Translations under genes and position numbers: made by a program
The notes under the pieces: model-generated
Seen by the model: the letters and a program-made list of their open reading frames with translations, nothing else
Told to the model about the DNA's origin: nothing
Databases searched by the model: none
DNA from: an uncultured delta proteobacterium
Lineage (GTDB): Bacteria > Desulfobacterota > Binatia > Binatales > Binataceae
Reading direction: 5' to 3'
Length of the DNA: 64,000 nucleotides
Assembly: GCA_963765675.1 (NCBI GenBank)
Contig: CAVXXK010000001.1
Coordinates: 960,001-1,024,000 of the forward strand
Part shown: positions 19,132-28,983 of the stretch, one piece after another
Layout: every line of letters starts with the position of its first letter
Position numbering within the stretch: the stretch's first letter is position 1

Positions 19132-19542
19132 ATGATCACGTCTTTGCAGCGCGAGGGACTGGCGAGTATCCGCAGGCTGCAACGGCAATGGCTCGCGATG
19201 CTGGTGGCGGGACTTGCCCTGTTCCTGCTTTCGATCGTGCTGGTCGCGCTGGACTTCATGCATCTCAGTCGCCCGGCGGTAACCGAATTGCATCTCGCGT
19301 CGTGGGAGATGTTTTTGTTCCTGGCCGCGCTGATCGTGGTTGCGGCGAGCACCTATGTTGCTTTGGCGATCCGGGTGCGGCGATGCCCGCGCTGCGGCGA
19401 GCATTTCTTCATTCGATCGAGGCGCAAGCGCCCCGCCGTGCGCGGAGAGCAGTTTCCCGCAGGTCCGCTGCGCCAGCAGTGCCGCAATTGCGGTCTGAGC
19501 CTCGGCGAAGTAGCGGTAGATTCCGCGCCGCAGAATCCGTAG
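19132..19542 (+). CDS. Hypothetical 2-TM membrane protein with C-terminal Zn ribbon
   Basis: Two hydrophobic helices, CPRC...CRNC; starts 16 bp after the kinase stop. Confidence 0.65.
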   Translation: MITSLQREGLASIRRLQRQWLAMLVAGLALFLLSIVLVALDFMHLSRPAVTELHLASWEMFLFLAALIVVAASTYVALAIRVRRCPRCGEHFFIRSRRKRPAVRGEQFPAGPLRQQCRNCGLSLGEVAVDSAPQNP

Positions 19543-19561
19543 TGCGTCCGCTTTGTATGGT

Positions 19562-19735
19562 TGTCATTCTCGCGCCCTTCGGCAGGCTCAGGGCAGGCTC
19601 CGGCTGCCGCGCGAGAGCCTGTCCTGAGCAAGGCCGAAGGAAATCCCGAACGAGAGAGCGCCGCATCGAGCGTGACTCGGAGCACGCCCGCCTCGGGATT
19701 CCTCACGCGCGGCAGCCACGCGCGCGGGAATGACA
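19562..19735. repeat. Composite REP-like palindromic element
   Basis: Outer IR TGTCATTCTCGCGC / GCGCGGGAATGACA; inner IR CCTTCGGCAGGCTCAGGGCAGGCTC / GAGCCTGTCCTGAGCAAGGCCGAAGG. Confidence 0.75.
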
Positions 19736-19881
19736 CCTTTTGCAGTAAGGGATTTGTTACGGACGACGATCTCGAATCAAGTCCGCTTCTCCTTCGTGTC
19801 TTGGTGTCTTGGTGGCCGGTTGAATTCCGTCCCGCTTGAACGCCGGGGCGCGGCGCGTAATGCTGTGCGCCTAGTCTTTCG

Positions 19882-20754
19882 ATGGCAAATACTCTTTCCC
19901 GCGAGAAACTGCTCTTCTATGCCGCTGCGGGCGGTTTGGGCGGCTTTGCCGCTTGGGGAGCCGCCGAGCCGTTTTTGGGCATTCGCTCGGTCTTCGGCCG
20001 TGATATCCTGCTCGGCGCGCTGATCGGTTTTTTCATCGCAGCGTTCCTCGCCTCGATCGAAGCGCTCAGCGTCGGCCAATGGCGGCAGGCGCTGCGCGGC
20101 GTCTGGGCCGGCGGAATCATCGGACTCATCGGCGGCGCTATCGGGCTGGTCATCGCCGAGGTCGCGTTCGACATCCTGGGTGGAATTGTTGGACGGACGC
20201 TCGGATGGGCAGTCCTCGGAGTTTTCGTCGGACTCGGCGTCGGATGGGCTTCACGCAGCAACGCCCGGCGGCGCAACGGCGCTCTGGGCGGAATCGTCGG
20301 CGGGGCGCTCGGCGGATTTTTTTACCAGAGCCTGACTTCAACCTTTCCGCAGGCCTTCGGCCGCGCGATTGCGATTATTGTGCTGGGCGCGCTGATCGGA
20401 TTTTTTATCGGACTGGTCGGCGAATTGCTCAAGCGCGGATGGCTGATGGTGGTGCGCAGCCAGAGCCGCAACGCGCGCGAGGGACGCGAGTATCCGCTGG
20501 TCAAAGGAGTCACGATTATCGGCCGCGCCGAGGAATGCGATATCGGACTGTTCGGCGACAAGTCCGTGCTGGGGCATCATGCGATCATCCGGCAGGAGGG
20601 CCGCGCCTACTTCATCAGCCCGACCGGCGGCGGTCAGGTTCTGCTGAACCGCCAGCCGATATCGGGCCGCCAGCCGCTGCGCAGCGGCGACCGGGTCGAA
20701 GTGGGCGGCACGCTGTTTCTATTCCGCGAACGCGCGCAAGTCGCGCAACGTTGA
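19882..20754 (+). CDS. Gly-rich multi-TM membrane protein with C-terminal FHA domain
   Basis: About six GxxxG-rich helices, then IGRAEECDIGL...HHA..., an FHA fold with degenerate motifs. Confidence 0.85.
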   Translation: MANTLSREKLLFYAAAGGLGGFAAWGAAEPFLGIRSVFGRDILLGALIGFFIAAFLASIEALSVGQWRQALRGVWAGGIIGLIGGAIGLVIAEVAFDILGGIVGRTLGWAVLGVFVGLGVGWASRSNARRRNGALGGIVGGALGGFFYQSLTSTFPQAFGRAIAIIVLGALIGFFIGLVGELLKRGWLMVVRSQSRNAREGREYPLVKGVTIIGRAEECDIGLFGDKSVLGHHAIIRQEGRAYFISPTGGGQVLLNRQPISGRQPLRSGDRVEVGGTLFLFRERAQVAQR

Positions 20755-20765
20755 CGGTGTGATCC

Positions 20766-21554
20766 GTGCGACGGGCTCAACCGATCGCTCTCGCGGCAAC
20801 ACTCTGGGTAGCGGCTGCATTTGTAGCCGCCGTGCTGGCGCTGCCGGGATGCTCTGCGGTCGGGCTTGAATCGCAAGCGCCGCCGGTCGAATCCACTTCG
20901 GTCGAGAAACTCGAGTATTATCAGTACCAAGTCAAAGGCTATCAAAACAGTTTCCCGCATCGCTCGATCATGGTCCTGATGCCGACCGACGATCGCGATT
21001 TCTCGCAGGCGGGCACGCCCGATCATGCGCCGCTCGACGGCAACCCTGCGGTCGGAATTTCACTCGGCCAGAGCGGACAGGTCGTGCAGCGGCTATACAG
21101 CAGTCCTCTCCCGGCAATCGTCCAGAAGGCGATCGGGGTTTCGGCGGAAGAGGCCGGGATGACCTCGATGTTGAACCCTGACTCGACCTACACTCCCGGC
21201 AAGCCGGCGACGACCGACTACGTGCTGGTCAGCACGATAACGCGCGGATGGGTAATCAAGCGGCGGGGACCGGACGGCGAGTATGGTCCGGTGTGGGCGA
21301 CCTCCGCGGATTTCGCGCTCGCGATCACGATCTACAAGGCGCCGTTCAGTGTGCCGTTCTGGCAGGGTACGTCCTCGTCACTGTACAACGACCCTCCGAT
21401 CGGAAGCTTCGGATTGGGACCTGAGGACGAGGCCGGAGTTTACGACGATCCCGGCGAAGTGCTGTCGGTGGCGTTGACCCGCGCGGTCGCCGGGATTTTC
21501 CAGCATGAAGATCTCCGCACGCTGGTCTCGCAGGACGAGATTCATCCGCGCTAG
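20766..21554 (+). CDS. Putative lipoprotein
   Basis: Signal peptide with lipobox LPGC; starts 11 bp after the FHA gene. Confidence 0.7.
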   Translation: MRRAQPIALAATLWVAAAFVAAVLALPGCSAVGLESQAPPVESTSVEKLEYYQYQVKGYQNSFPHRSIMVLMPTDDRDFSQAGTPDHAPLDGNPAVGISLGQSGQVVQRLYSSPLPAIVQKAIGVSAEEAGMTSMLNPDSTYTPGKPATTDYVLVSTITRGWVIKRRGPDGEYGPVWATSADFALAITIYKAPFSVPFWQGTSSSLYNDPPIGSFGLGPEDEAGVYDDPGEVLSVALTRAVAGIFQHEDLRTLVSQDEIHPR

Positions 21555-21697
21555 GCCGTCCTAGTCTGCCTATATAAGAAAAATTCCTTATAGCACGCGG
21601 GTTTTTTGCTAACCTTGAGGTTACTTGCTTCGCGGCCATGATGGTTTAGCCTGAAGCCAGGTACTAAACGGAGCCAAATTCAGGAGAACATTTCGCG

Positions 21698-23227
21698 ATG
21701 GCTGCTTCCGCTCACGAGACCGTCGCTACTAATCATCTCGCCTCGAAGCCGGTCGATCCGCCGTGCGCAATCGTGATATTCGGAGGCGCCGGCGCGCTGT
21801 CGCATCGCAAGCTATTGCCCGCGCTCTACAACCTGGCGCTCGACGGCGATTTGCCGGAGCATTGCCCGATCGTGGCGTTCTCGATGGAAGATCTTAACGA
21901 CGAAAGCTACCGCGAGCTCGCTCGCGACGCGATCGAAAAGTACTCGCGCCGCCCGCTCGAAGCGGCGGCCTGGGGAAAATTCGGCCCACGAATCCATTAC
22001 GTGCGCGGACGCTTCACCGAACGCGCCGATTATGACGGATTACGCAAGCGCCTCGAAGAGATCGATCACACCTACGCGACCCAAGGCAATCACATTTATT
22101 ATTTCGCGATTCCGCCTTCGTTTATCGAAAGCTGCGCCGCGATGCTGCATGAAGCCGGGATGATCCGGCCTCCCGACGGTGAGCATCATTTCACCCGCGT
22201 CGTGGTCGAGAAGCCGATTGGCTACGACCTGGCCAGCGCGACCGCTATCAACGATCGAATCGCGCTCAATTTCGACGAAAGCCAGATCTTTCGTATCGAC
22301 CATTACCTGGGCAAGGAGACGGTCGAGAACCTGATGGTGCTGCGGTTCGCCAACGCGATCTTCGAGCCGCTGTGGACCTCGCGCTCGGTGGACCATGTCC
22401 AATTGACCGTGGCCGAGGACGAAGGCGTCGGCACGCGAGCGCCGTACTACGAGCAGGCCGGCGCGCTGCGCGACATGGTGCAGAGCCATATCCTGGGCGT
22501 GCTGAGCATTATCGCGATGGAACCGCCACGCACCACACGCGCCCGCGCGGTGCGCGATTCGAAGCTCGACGTGCTGCGCTCGATCCGCCGATTCAGCGAT
22601 GAAGATATAGAAAAATTCGCGGTTCGCGGACAATATAGCGCCGGGCTGGTCGGCGGCGTGGCGGTCCCGGCCTACAGGCAGGAAGAGAACGTCGCGCCCG
22701 ACTCCCGGACCGAGACTTTTGTGGCGATGCGATGCTGGATCGACAACTGGCGTTGGGCAGGCGTTCCGTTCTATATACGCACCGGAAAGCGGATGCCCAA
22801 ACGCGCCAGCGAGATTGCGATCTACTTCAAAGCCGTGCCCCGAATCCTGTACAACTCCAACCCGCGCGCGCAACTGGCGCCCAATATGTTGACCATCCGG
22901 ATTCAGCCTGACGAAGGCCTGTCGGTTCATATCATCTCGAAGGTGCCGGGGGCGCAGGTGCGCCTGCAGCAGGTAGCGGTCGATTTCCACTACACCACCA
23001 CCACGCCCGAAGCCTACGAGACTCTCCTGCGCGACGTTATTCACGGCGACCAAACCCTGTTCATGCGCCGCGACGCGGTCGAAGCGTCATGGCGCCTGGT
23101 CGATCCGATTATCGCAGCTTGGGCCGAATCGCCCGCCGATCCTCCTTTGTACGCGGCGGGCTCATGGGGACCGATAGAGGCCGCCCTGATGATGGCGGCC
23201 GACGGACGCACCTGGCGCGCGCTCTAG
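21698..23227 (+). CDS. zwf: Glucose-6-phosphate 1-dehydrogenase
   Basis: EKPIG, RIDHYLGKE, WRWAGVPFYIRTGK and YAAGSWGP. Confidence 0.97.
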   Translation: MAASAHETVATNHLASKPVDPPCAIVIFGGAGALSHRKLLPALYNLALDGDLPEHCPIVAFSMEDLNDESYRELARDAIEKYSRRPLEAAAWGKFGPRIHYVRGRFTERADYDGLRKRLEEIDHTYATQGNHIYYFAIPPSFIESCAAMLHEAGMIRPPDGEHHFTRVVVEKPIGYDLASATAINDRIALNFDESQIFRIDHYLGKETVENLMVLRFANAIFEPLWTSRSVDHVQLTVAEDEGVGTRAPYYEQAGALRDMVQSHILGVLSIIAMEPPRTTRARAVRDSKLDVLRSIRRFSDEDIEKFAVRGQYSAGLVGGVAVPAYRQEENVAPDSRTETFVAMRCWIDNWRWAGVPFYIRTGKRMPKRASEIAIYFKAVPRILYNSNPRAQLAPNMLTIRIQPDEGLSVHIISKVPGAQVRLQQVAVDFHYTTTTPEAYETLLRDVIHGDQTLFMRRDAVEASWRLVDPIIAAWAESPADPPLYAAGSWGPIEAALMMAADGRTWRAL

Positions 23228-23265
23228 CGAGCGTCACCGGGTGCCAGTTGGGGAGACTGAACCGT

Positions 23266-24267
23266 ATGGGCATCCGGGGAGTAACGCTTTCGCATCGCGT
23301 CGCGACACATCATTGTCCGAAACTGCCGAACTCTGATCTGGGGCTGATCCTCGAACAGATCGAGTTCATCGGCAAACGGATCGCACGCGAGCTCGCGCAC
23401 GCGTCGATCGGCGGCGAGCTCGGCTATACCGGCAAGACCAACGTCCAGGGCGAGCAGACCAAGAAGCTCGACGAATGGACCAACGAGGTCTTCATCGAGG
23501 CATTCGCGCATCGCCGTCCGGTGTGCTGCCTCGCCTCCGAAGAGATGGAGGAGGCGATCCACGATAGCGAGCCGTGCGGAGAGCCGAGCTACGCGCTGCT
23601 TTACGATCCGCTCGACGGCTCGTCCAACACCGACGTGAACGGATCGCTCGGGACGATCTTTTCGATCCGCCAGCGCGCTCGCGGCCACACGGGCAAGATC
23701 ACCGACCTCCTGCGTCCGGGAAGCGAACAGGTCGGCGCGGGCTATATCCTGTATGGACCGGGCACGCAGCTCGTTTTTACCGCGGGAGCGGGCGTCGATA
23801 TTTTCACCCTCGATCATCGCAGCGGCGAATTCGTCTTGTTTCGTGAAGGAGTGAAAATGCCGCCGCGCGGCGGCGCATACTCGGTCAACCAGGGCAATCT
23901 CGGCAAGTTTCATCCGGGCGCGCGCAAGTTCGTCGAGCATCTGACCAGCCGCAAAGATAAAACTACCTCGTATTCGCTGCGCTACACGGGCGCCTTCGCC
24001 GCGGACTTCCATCGATGCCTGCTCGAAGGCGGGCTCTATCTTTATCCGGGCGAAGTCAGCTCCGGCGGAAACACCAAGGGCAAGTTGCGCCTGATGTACG
24101 AGCTCGCGCCGATGGCGATGATCGCGGAGCAGGCGGGCGGTAAAGCCTCGAACGGCAGCACGCGGATTCTCGACGTGGTGCCGACGGCGCTCCACGAGCG
24201 CCAGCCGATTTATATCGGCAGCGCGGCGGAAGTTGACCTCGCGGAAGAGATGCAAGTCGAGGGCTGA
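23266..24267 (+). CDS. fbp: Fructose-1,6-bisphosphatase class I
   Basis: NVQGEQTKKLD, SEE, DPLDGSSN and GKLRLMYE. Confidence 0.95.
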   Translation: MGIRGVTLSHRVATHHCPKLPNSDLGLILEQIEFIGKRIARELAHASIGGELGYTGKTNVQGEQTKKLDEWTNEVFIEAFAHRRPVCCLASEEMEEAIHDSEPCGEPSYALLYDPLDGSSNTDVNGSLGTIFSIRQRARGHTGKITDLLRPGSEQVGAGYILYGPGTQLVFTAGAGVDIFTLDHRSGEFVLFREGVKMPPRGGAYSVNQGNLGKFHPGARKFVEHLTSRKDKTTSYSLRYTGAFAADFHRCLLEGGLYLYPGEVSSGGNTKGKLRLMYELAPMAMIAEQAGGKASNGSTRILDVVPTALHERQPIYIGSAAEVDLAEEMQVEG

Positions 24268-24297
24268 GGACGAGCGGCCGGCCGCGCGGAAGTATTT

Positions 24298-25287
24298 ATG
24301 GCCAAGACTCTACTGGCCGGCGATGTCGGCGGAACCAAGACACTGCTTGCGCTCTATCGGTCGGAAGAAACGTCGCCGCTGACGCTGGTCCGAAAGACTC
24401 GCTACACCAGTCATCAATATCCGGGGCTGGAGCAGGTCTGCGCCGAGTTCTTGAGCGAGGGGACGCACGTGGATGCGGCTGGCTTCGGCGTGCCGGGCCC
24501 CGTAATCGCAGGCGCGGCTGCTCCTAGCAATCTCCCCTGGAAGCTCGACGAGAAAAAAATCTCGGCCGCGCTCGGCGGCACTCGCGTGCGGCTCCTCAAC
24601 GATCTTGCGGCGACCGCGATGGGGGTGGTTAATCTCGCGCCCGAGGACTGCGAAATTATCCGCCCCGACGGCATGGGCGGCGCGCGGGGCAACGTAGCGG
24701 TGATCGCGGCAGGAACGGGACTCGGCGAATCGGCCCTGGCTTGGGAGAACGGGCGCTACTATCCGGTGGTCTCCGAGGGAGGCCATTCGGGCTTCGCGCC
24801 CGAGGGCGACGAGCAAATCGAGTTGCTGCGATTTCTCGCGCGCGAGTTCGGCCACGTGAGCTGCGAACGGGTCCTTTCCGGTCCGGGGCTCGTCAATGTG
24901 TACCGCTTCCTGCGCGCGCGCAGTCGCGTCGCGGAGCCCGAGTCGCTCGCCGCGGCGCTCGGCAGCGGCGATTCCGCAGCGGCGATCAGTGCAGCCGCCA
25001 TGGACGGGCGCGATAAAATCTGCGTTGACGCGCTCGCGATGTTTTGCGCAATCTACGGATCCGAAGCCGCCAACCTTGCGCTCAAGGTGCTGGCGATAGG
25101 CGGCGTGTACTTGTGCGGCGGAATCGCGCCAAAGATTTTGCCGGCGCTCAAGCGCGGCGAGTTCGCGCGAGGTTTTATCGGCAAGGGCCGGCTCGAACCG
25201 ATGCTCGAAAAAATCGCGGTGCGCGTCGTTATGAATCCTGAGGTTGCACTTCTGGGCGCGGCGCATTCCGCGCTCGCGATGCTGTGA
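24298..25287 (+). CDS. glk: Glucokinase
   Basis: GDVGGTK, GVPGPV, LLND, GTGLG, SEGGH and GGIAPK. Confidence 0.95.
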   Translation: MAKTLLAGDVGGTKTLLALYRSEETSPLTLVRKTRYTSHQYPGLEQVCAEFLSEGTHVDAAGFGVPGPVIAGAAAPSNLPWKLDEKKISAALGGTRVRLLNDLAATAMGVVNLAPEDCEIIRPDGMGGARGNVAVIAAGTGLGESALAWENGRYYPVVSEGGHSGFAPEGDEQIELLRFLAREFGHVSCERVLSGPGLVNVYRFLRARSRVAEPESLAAALGSGDSAAAISAAAMDGRDKICVDALAMFCAIYGSEAANLALKVLAIGGVYLCGGIAPKILPALKRGEFARGFIGKGRLEPMLEKIAVRVVMNPEVALLGAAHSALAML

Positions 25288-25337
25288 TGATAGAGTAGGA
25301 TTATTGACGCCCCACGTGCGGGGCAGAGGAAATTTCA

Positions 25338-26252
25338 ATGACCAAGCGAGTGCGCGAAATTCTTTCCTGGTACGATTCGGAAAACGCGGGCGTGCGCAGC
25401 AACCTCGCCCGGATGCTCAACCAGGGCAAGCTCGGCGGCACCGGCAAGTTCGTGATCCTGCCGGTCGATCAGGGCTTCGAGCATGGTCCCGCGCGCAGCT
25501 TCGCGCCCAATCCACCCGCCTACGATCCGCGCTATCATTTCGAGCTCGCGCTCGAGGCCGGATGCAACGCGTACGCGGCGCCGCTCGGGTTTATCGAGGC
25601 GGCGGTGACCGACTTCGCCGGCGAGATCCCGCTGATCCTGAAGCTCAACAATCACGACCTGCTATACGACGAGAAGGATCCCGCGCCCTCGGTGACGGGC
25701 AGCGTCAGGGACGCGCTCCAGCTCGGATGCTCCGCGGTCGGATTCACGATCTATCCGGGCTCGTCGCAATCCAAAACGATGTACCAGGAGCTGCGCCGGA
25801 TTGCGGAGGACGCGAAGGAGCACGGACTCGCCGTGGTGGTATGGGCCTATCCGCGCGGCTCGAGTATCAGCAAGGCCGGAGAGACCGCGATCGACGTGGT
25901 CGCGTACGCGGCGCAAATCGCGGCGCAGCTCGGGGCAAATATAATCAAAGTCAAACCTCCGACAGAGAATATCGAACAGCCGGAAGCGAAGAAGGCATAC
26001 GACGCGGCGAAGGTTCCGCTCGGCACACTCGCCGATCGGATTCGGCACGTCGTGCAGGCCGCGTTCGACGGCCGGAGGATTGTCATCTTTTCGGGCGGGG
26101 CCAAAGAATCCGACGAGCAGCTCCTAACTACTGTGCGCGGAATCCACGCGGGCGGCGGCTTCGGCTCGATTATCGGCCGCAACTCCTTCCAGCGCCCGAA
26201 GGCGGACGCGCTGAAGCTGCTCAATCAGGTGATCGACATCTACAAAAGCTGA
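25338..26252 (+). CDS. fbaB: Class I fructose-bisphosphate aldolase (DhnA/FbaB)
   Basis: ILPVDQGFEHGP, GFTIYPGS, WAYPRG and SGG. Confidence 0.9.
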   Translation: MTKRVREILSWYDSENAGVRSNLARMLNQGKLGGTGKFVILPVDQGFEHGPARSFAPNPPAYDPRYHFELALEAGCNAYAAPLGFIEAAVTDFAGEIPLILKLNNHDLLYDEKDPAPSVTGSVRDALQLGCSAVGFTIYPGSSQSKTMYQELRRIAEDAKEHGLAVVVWAYPRGSSISKAGETAIDVVAYAAQIAAQLGANIIKVKPPTENIEQPEAKKAYDAAKVPLGTLADRIRHVVQAAFDGRRIVIFSGGAKESDEQLLTTVRGIHAGGGFGSIIGRNSFQRPKADALKLLNQVIDIYKS

Positions 26253-26285
26253 CGCCGATCGCGCTTCTCTCAGCCGGTGCGGCAA

Positions 26286-26530
26286 CACAGGCTAAAGCCT
26301 GTGCCACAAATGCTTAATCATATTCTTACCCGGACTGGTGTCGGGCTGCTTCTCGACGCTCAAGCCGCCGCTGCGCGACGACGGCCGGCGGGATGCCGTC
26401 CTACTGACTCTCTTCTTTCAGTAGCAGCCGACGGCCCTTTAAGCGTCATCTGTACGTGCCGACAAATCGCAGCGCAGCATCTCACCCGCCGTCTGATCAC
26501 TCGCGCCCTCTCCCGGAGGGAGAGGGTATT
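26286..26530. repeat. Cluster of short REP-like palindromes
   Basis: CACAGGCT-AA-AGCCTGTG (26286-26303), a degenerate copy of the 46108 repeat (~26408-26452) and CCCTCTCCC-GGA-GGGAGAGGG (26506-26526). Confidence 0.65.
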
Positions 26531-26963
26531 AAGACATCTCCGTTCTTCCGATCACGCAATAGTCTGAGACATTCTCCTGATCGAACTGGCTATTGATGCC
26601 GTTATTCGATCTGACTATCGCCATCAGTTTTCGCCCTGCGAACAACAACTGTCGCTGCCTCCGACGCAGATCATACGGCGACGTTCGGAGACTCCTTTGA
26701 GTGGAAATCCATCCACGCAGCGCTGAAATAATATCTTCGTGCGAGCATAACGCGCCGAATAGTCAACTGTGGCTTCTCGATGGCCTCTCTTTTCTAACTG
26801 AACATACTCTACGCTTTGATGAGCATCCTATATTCAGCCCGGGCACCTACTTAGTATCCCGACACCAACATTTTTTATTGCGAACTAAGGAATTGCGCAG
26901 GTATTGTGATCTTTATTGCGAATATCCGACGCTCGGCGATGACTGATTCAAAGGGGGATCGCG

Positions 26964-28877
26964 ATGTCACCAAGGCAACAGCAGACAACTCTGCGCAAAT
27001 ACAATATCGACAACCGGTGGTTCCTGACATTACTAATTACGTTCGCATTTCTGATGGCTGCCTGCCACGGCGGCGGCAGTAGTTCGCATGCTATAGTCCG
27101 TCATACGGCGACCCCGACCGCAACGCCGACATCGACGCCCACCTTTACTCCAACGGTCACACCTACTTTGACTCCGACTCCCACTGCGACTTCGACGCCG
27201 ACTGCCACGCCGACGCCGACGCCGACACCGGCCCCGACTCCGATCGTGGTTTCTGTTTTTCCGCCTCTGTCGGGTTGTGGAGGCCAGGGCGTGGCGACTA
27301 ATCAAAAGATCATTGTGAGCTTCAATCAGCCGATGGATCCTACCACGCTGACGACCACAACCTTTACCGTGACCTCGCCGGGACCGACTTCGGTTCTGGG
27401 AACGGTGACCTACGATGCCTCCAATGATACTGCGATCTTTACGCCCGCCAGCTCGCTCGCGGTGAGTACTACATTCACTGGAGAGATTACCACGGGTACC
27501 AAGAGTGAAGCCGGAATTCCACTGGGTAATAACTTCGTATGGACCTTCGTGACTGGAGCCGGGGCTGACGCCGTTGCCCCAATTGTTCTGTCGACCAACC
27601 CGTCCAATCTTGGCACGGGTGTGCCGACTAACCAGAGCATCACCGCGGTGTTCAGCGAAGCTATGGATTCGACAACCATTACTGGAGCTACATTTACGCT
27701 GACCGATCCGAGCTCCAATCCGGTTGCAGGAACGGTGACCTATTCGGCGGTAGGCGCAACCGCGACGTTTTCTCCGACCAATCCTCTATCGGCGACGGGA
27801 TTGTACACCGCGACGATTACCACAGGCGCTACAGACCTCACCGGGAACGCACTGGCGACCGCTTATACCTGGACTTTCACGACCGGGACGGGGCCGGACA
27901 CCAGCGCGCCGACGATAACGCTGACCACGCCTGCCGGGGGCGCCACCGGCGTGGCTCCGAACGCGGCGATCAACGCAACCTTCAGCAAGGCGATGAATCC
28001 TTCGACACTTAACGCGGCGACTTTCACGCTGACGGGGCCCGGCCAAACTTCTATCGTCGGTAAAGTCACCTATGATGCGGCTGATTCGATCGTGACCTTT
28101 ACTCCCTCGAGCACGCTCGCGACTGGCACGCTGTACGATGCCACCATAAGAACCGGAGCTGCTGATCTGGAGGGCAACTCGCTGGCCTCCGACGATCCGT
28201 GGAGCTTCACTACCGGTTCTACCCCGAGTCTCTCGCCCGTCAACCTCGGAGCTGCCTCCGGATATGGGGCCTTGGCGCAAGCAACAATTACGAATGCTGG
28301 CGATACCGTGATCAATGGCGATATTGGCCTGGATCCAGGATCATCGATAACCGGATTCCCGCCAGGAATAGTGAACGGGACAATTCAACTTGACAACGCA
28401 CCCGCGATAGCGGCGCTCGCCTCGCTGACGAGTGCATACAACACGGCAGCCGGGCTTGCCGGTGCAACTGTGGTTGGCGAAAATCTGGCCACGCAGGTCC
28501 TGCCTCCGGGACTTTACACCTCGGCTGCAACCTCATTCGAGATAACCGGAGGAAACCTGACTCTCGACGGAGGCGGAGATACCAACGCGACCTGGATATT
28601 CCAGATGCCCTCGTCTACGTTGACTCTGACCACTCCTCTCTGCAGCGTTATACTGACTAATGGCGCACAGTTTTCGAATGTGTATTGGATTGTAGGTAGT
28701 TCAGCAACCGCCGGGGTTGACTGCGTCCTGGAAGGAAATGTGCTCGCCAACACTTCTATCACGATGAATACTGGCTCAACGCTGCAAGGGCGCGCATTAG
28801 GAGGCGCAATTGCTCCAAGCGGCGCGGTTTCACTGGATGCCACCAATCTTTCCGCAGTCGGCGCTTGTAACCAGTAG
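26964..28877 (+). CDS. Lipoprotein adhesin: PT-rich linker, 3 bacterial Ig-like (Big_5-type) repeats and a DUF3494 ice-binding domain
   Basis: Lipobox LMAAC; (PT)n; three repeats of FxxxMxxxT...WxFxT; IBP-like SITGFPPG, LPPGLY, LTLDGGGD...WIFQ, NVYWIVGSSAT and GRAL. Confidence 0.88.
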   Translation: MSPRQQQTTLRKYNIDNRWFLTLLITFAFLMAACHGGGSSSHAIVRHTATPTATPTSTPTFTPTVTPTLTPTPTATSTPTATPTPTPTPAPTPIVVSVFPPLSGCGGQGVATNQKIIVSFNQPMDPTTLTTTTFTVTSPGPTSVLGTVTYDASNDTAIFTPASSLAVSTTFTGEITTGTKSEAGIPLGNNFVWTFVTGAGADAVAPIVLSTNPSNLGTGVPTNQSITAVFSEAMDSTTITGATFTLTDPSSNPVAGTVTYSAVGATATFSPTNPLSATGLYTATITTGATDLTGNALATAYTWTFTTGTGPDTSAPTITLTTPAGGATGVAPNAAINATFSKAMNPSTLNAATFTLTGPGQTSIVGKVTYDAADSIVTFTPSSTLATGTLYDATIRTGAADLEGNSLASDDPWSFTTGSTPSLSPVNLGAASGYGALAQATITNAGDTVINGDIGLDPGSSITGFPPGIVNGTIQLDNAPAIAALASLTSAYNTAAGLAGATVVGENLATQVLPPGLYTSAATSFEITGGNLTLDGGGDTNATWIFQMPSSTLTLTTPLCSVILTNGAQFSNVYWIVGSSATAGVDCVLEGNVLANTSITMNTGSTLQGRALGGAIAPSGAVSLDATNLSAVGACNQ

Positions 28878-28937
28878 AAGGCGGCTGTGAGAAGGAAGAC
28901 AAGACAAATCGAGTCTTAGCGTCGACCTATGGCGCCA

Positions 28938-28983
28938 GAAACGGCCGCAAAGCCTTGAGGAGGTTTGCGGCCGTTTCGTTTTT
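28938..28983 (+). terminator. Rho-independent terminator
   Basis: Stem GAAACGGCCGCAAA / TTTGCGGCCGTTTC followed by GTTTTT. Confidence 0.8.

Noticed and set aside
10870-20754. T6SS regulatory module (PpkA/PppA/Fha)
   Set aside because: No tss, hcp or vgrG genes are in the window, and the domain architectures differ.
26701-26946. 81-aa ORF upstream of the adhesin
   Set aside because: AT-rich with no motifs or clear RBS; probably promoter region.
27108-27245. Tandem ACGCCG-like repeats as a CRISPR array or VNTR
   Set aside because: They encode the Pro-Thr linker of the adhesin and have no repeat-spacer structure. No CRISPR array or cas gene was seen in the window.
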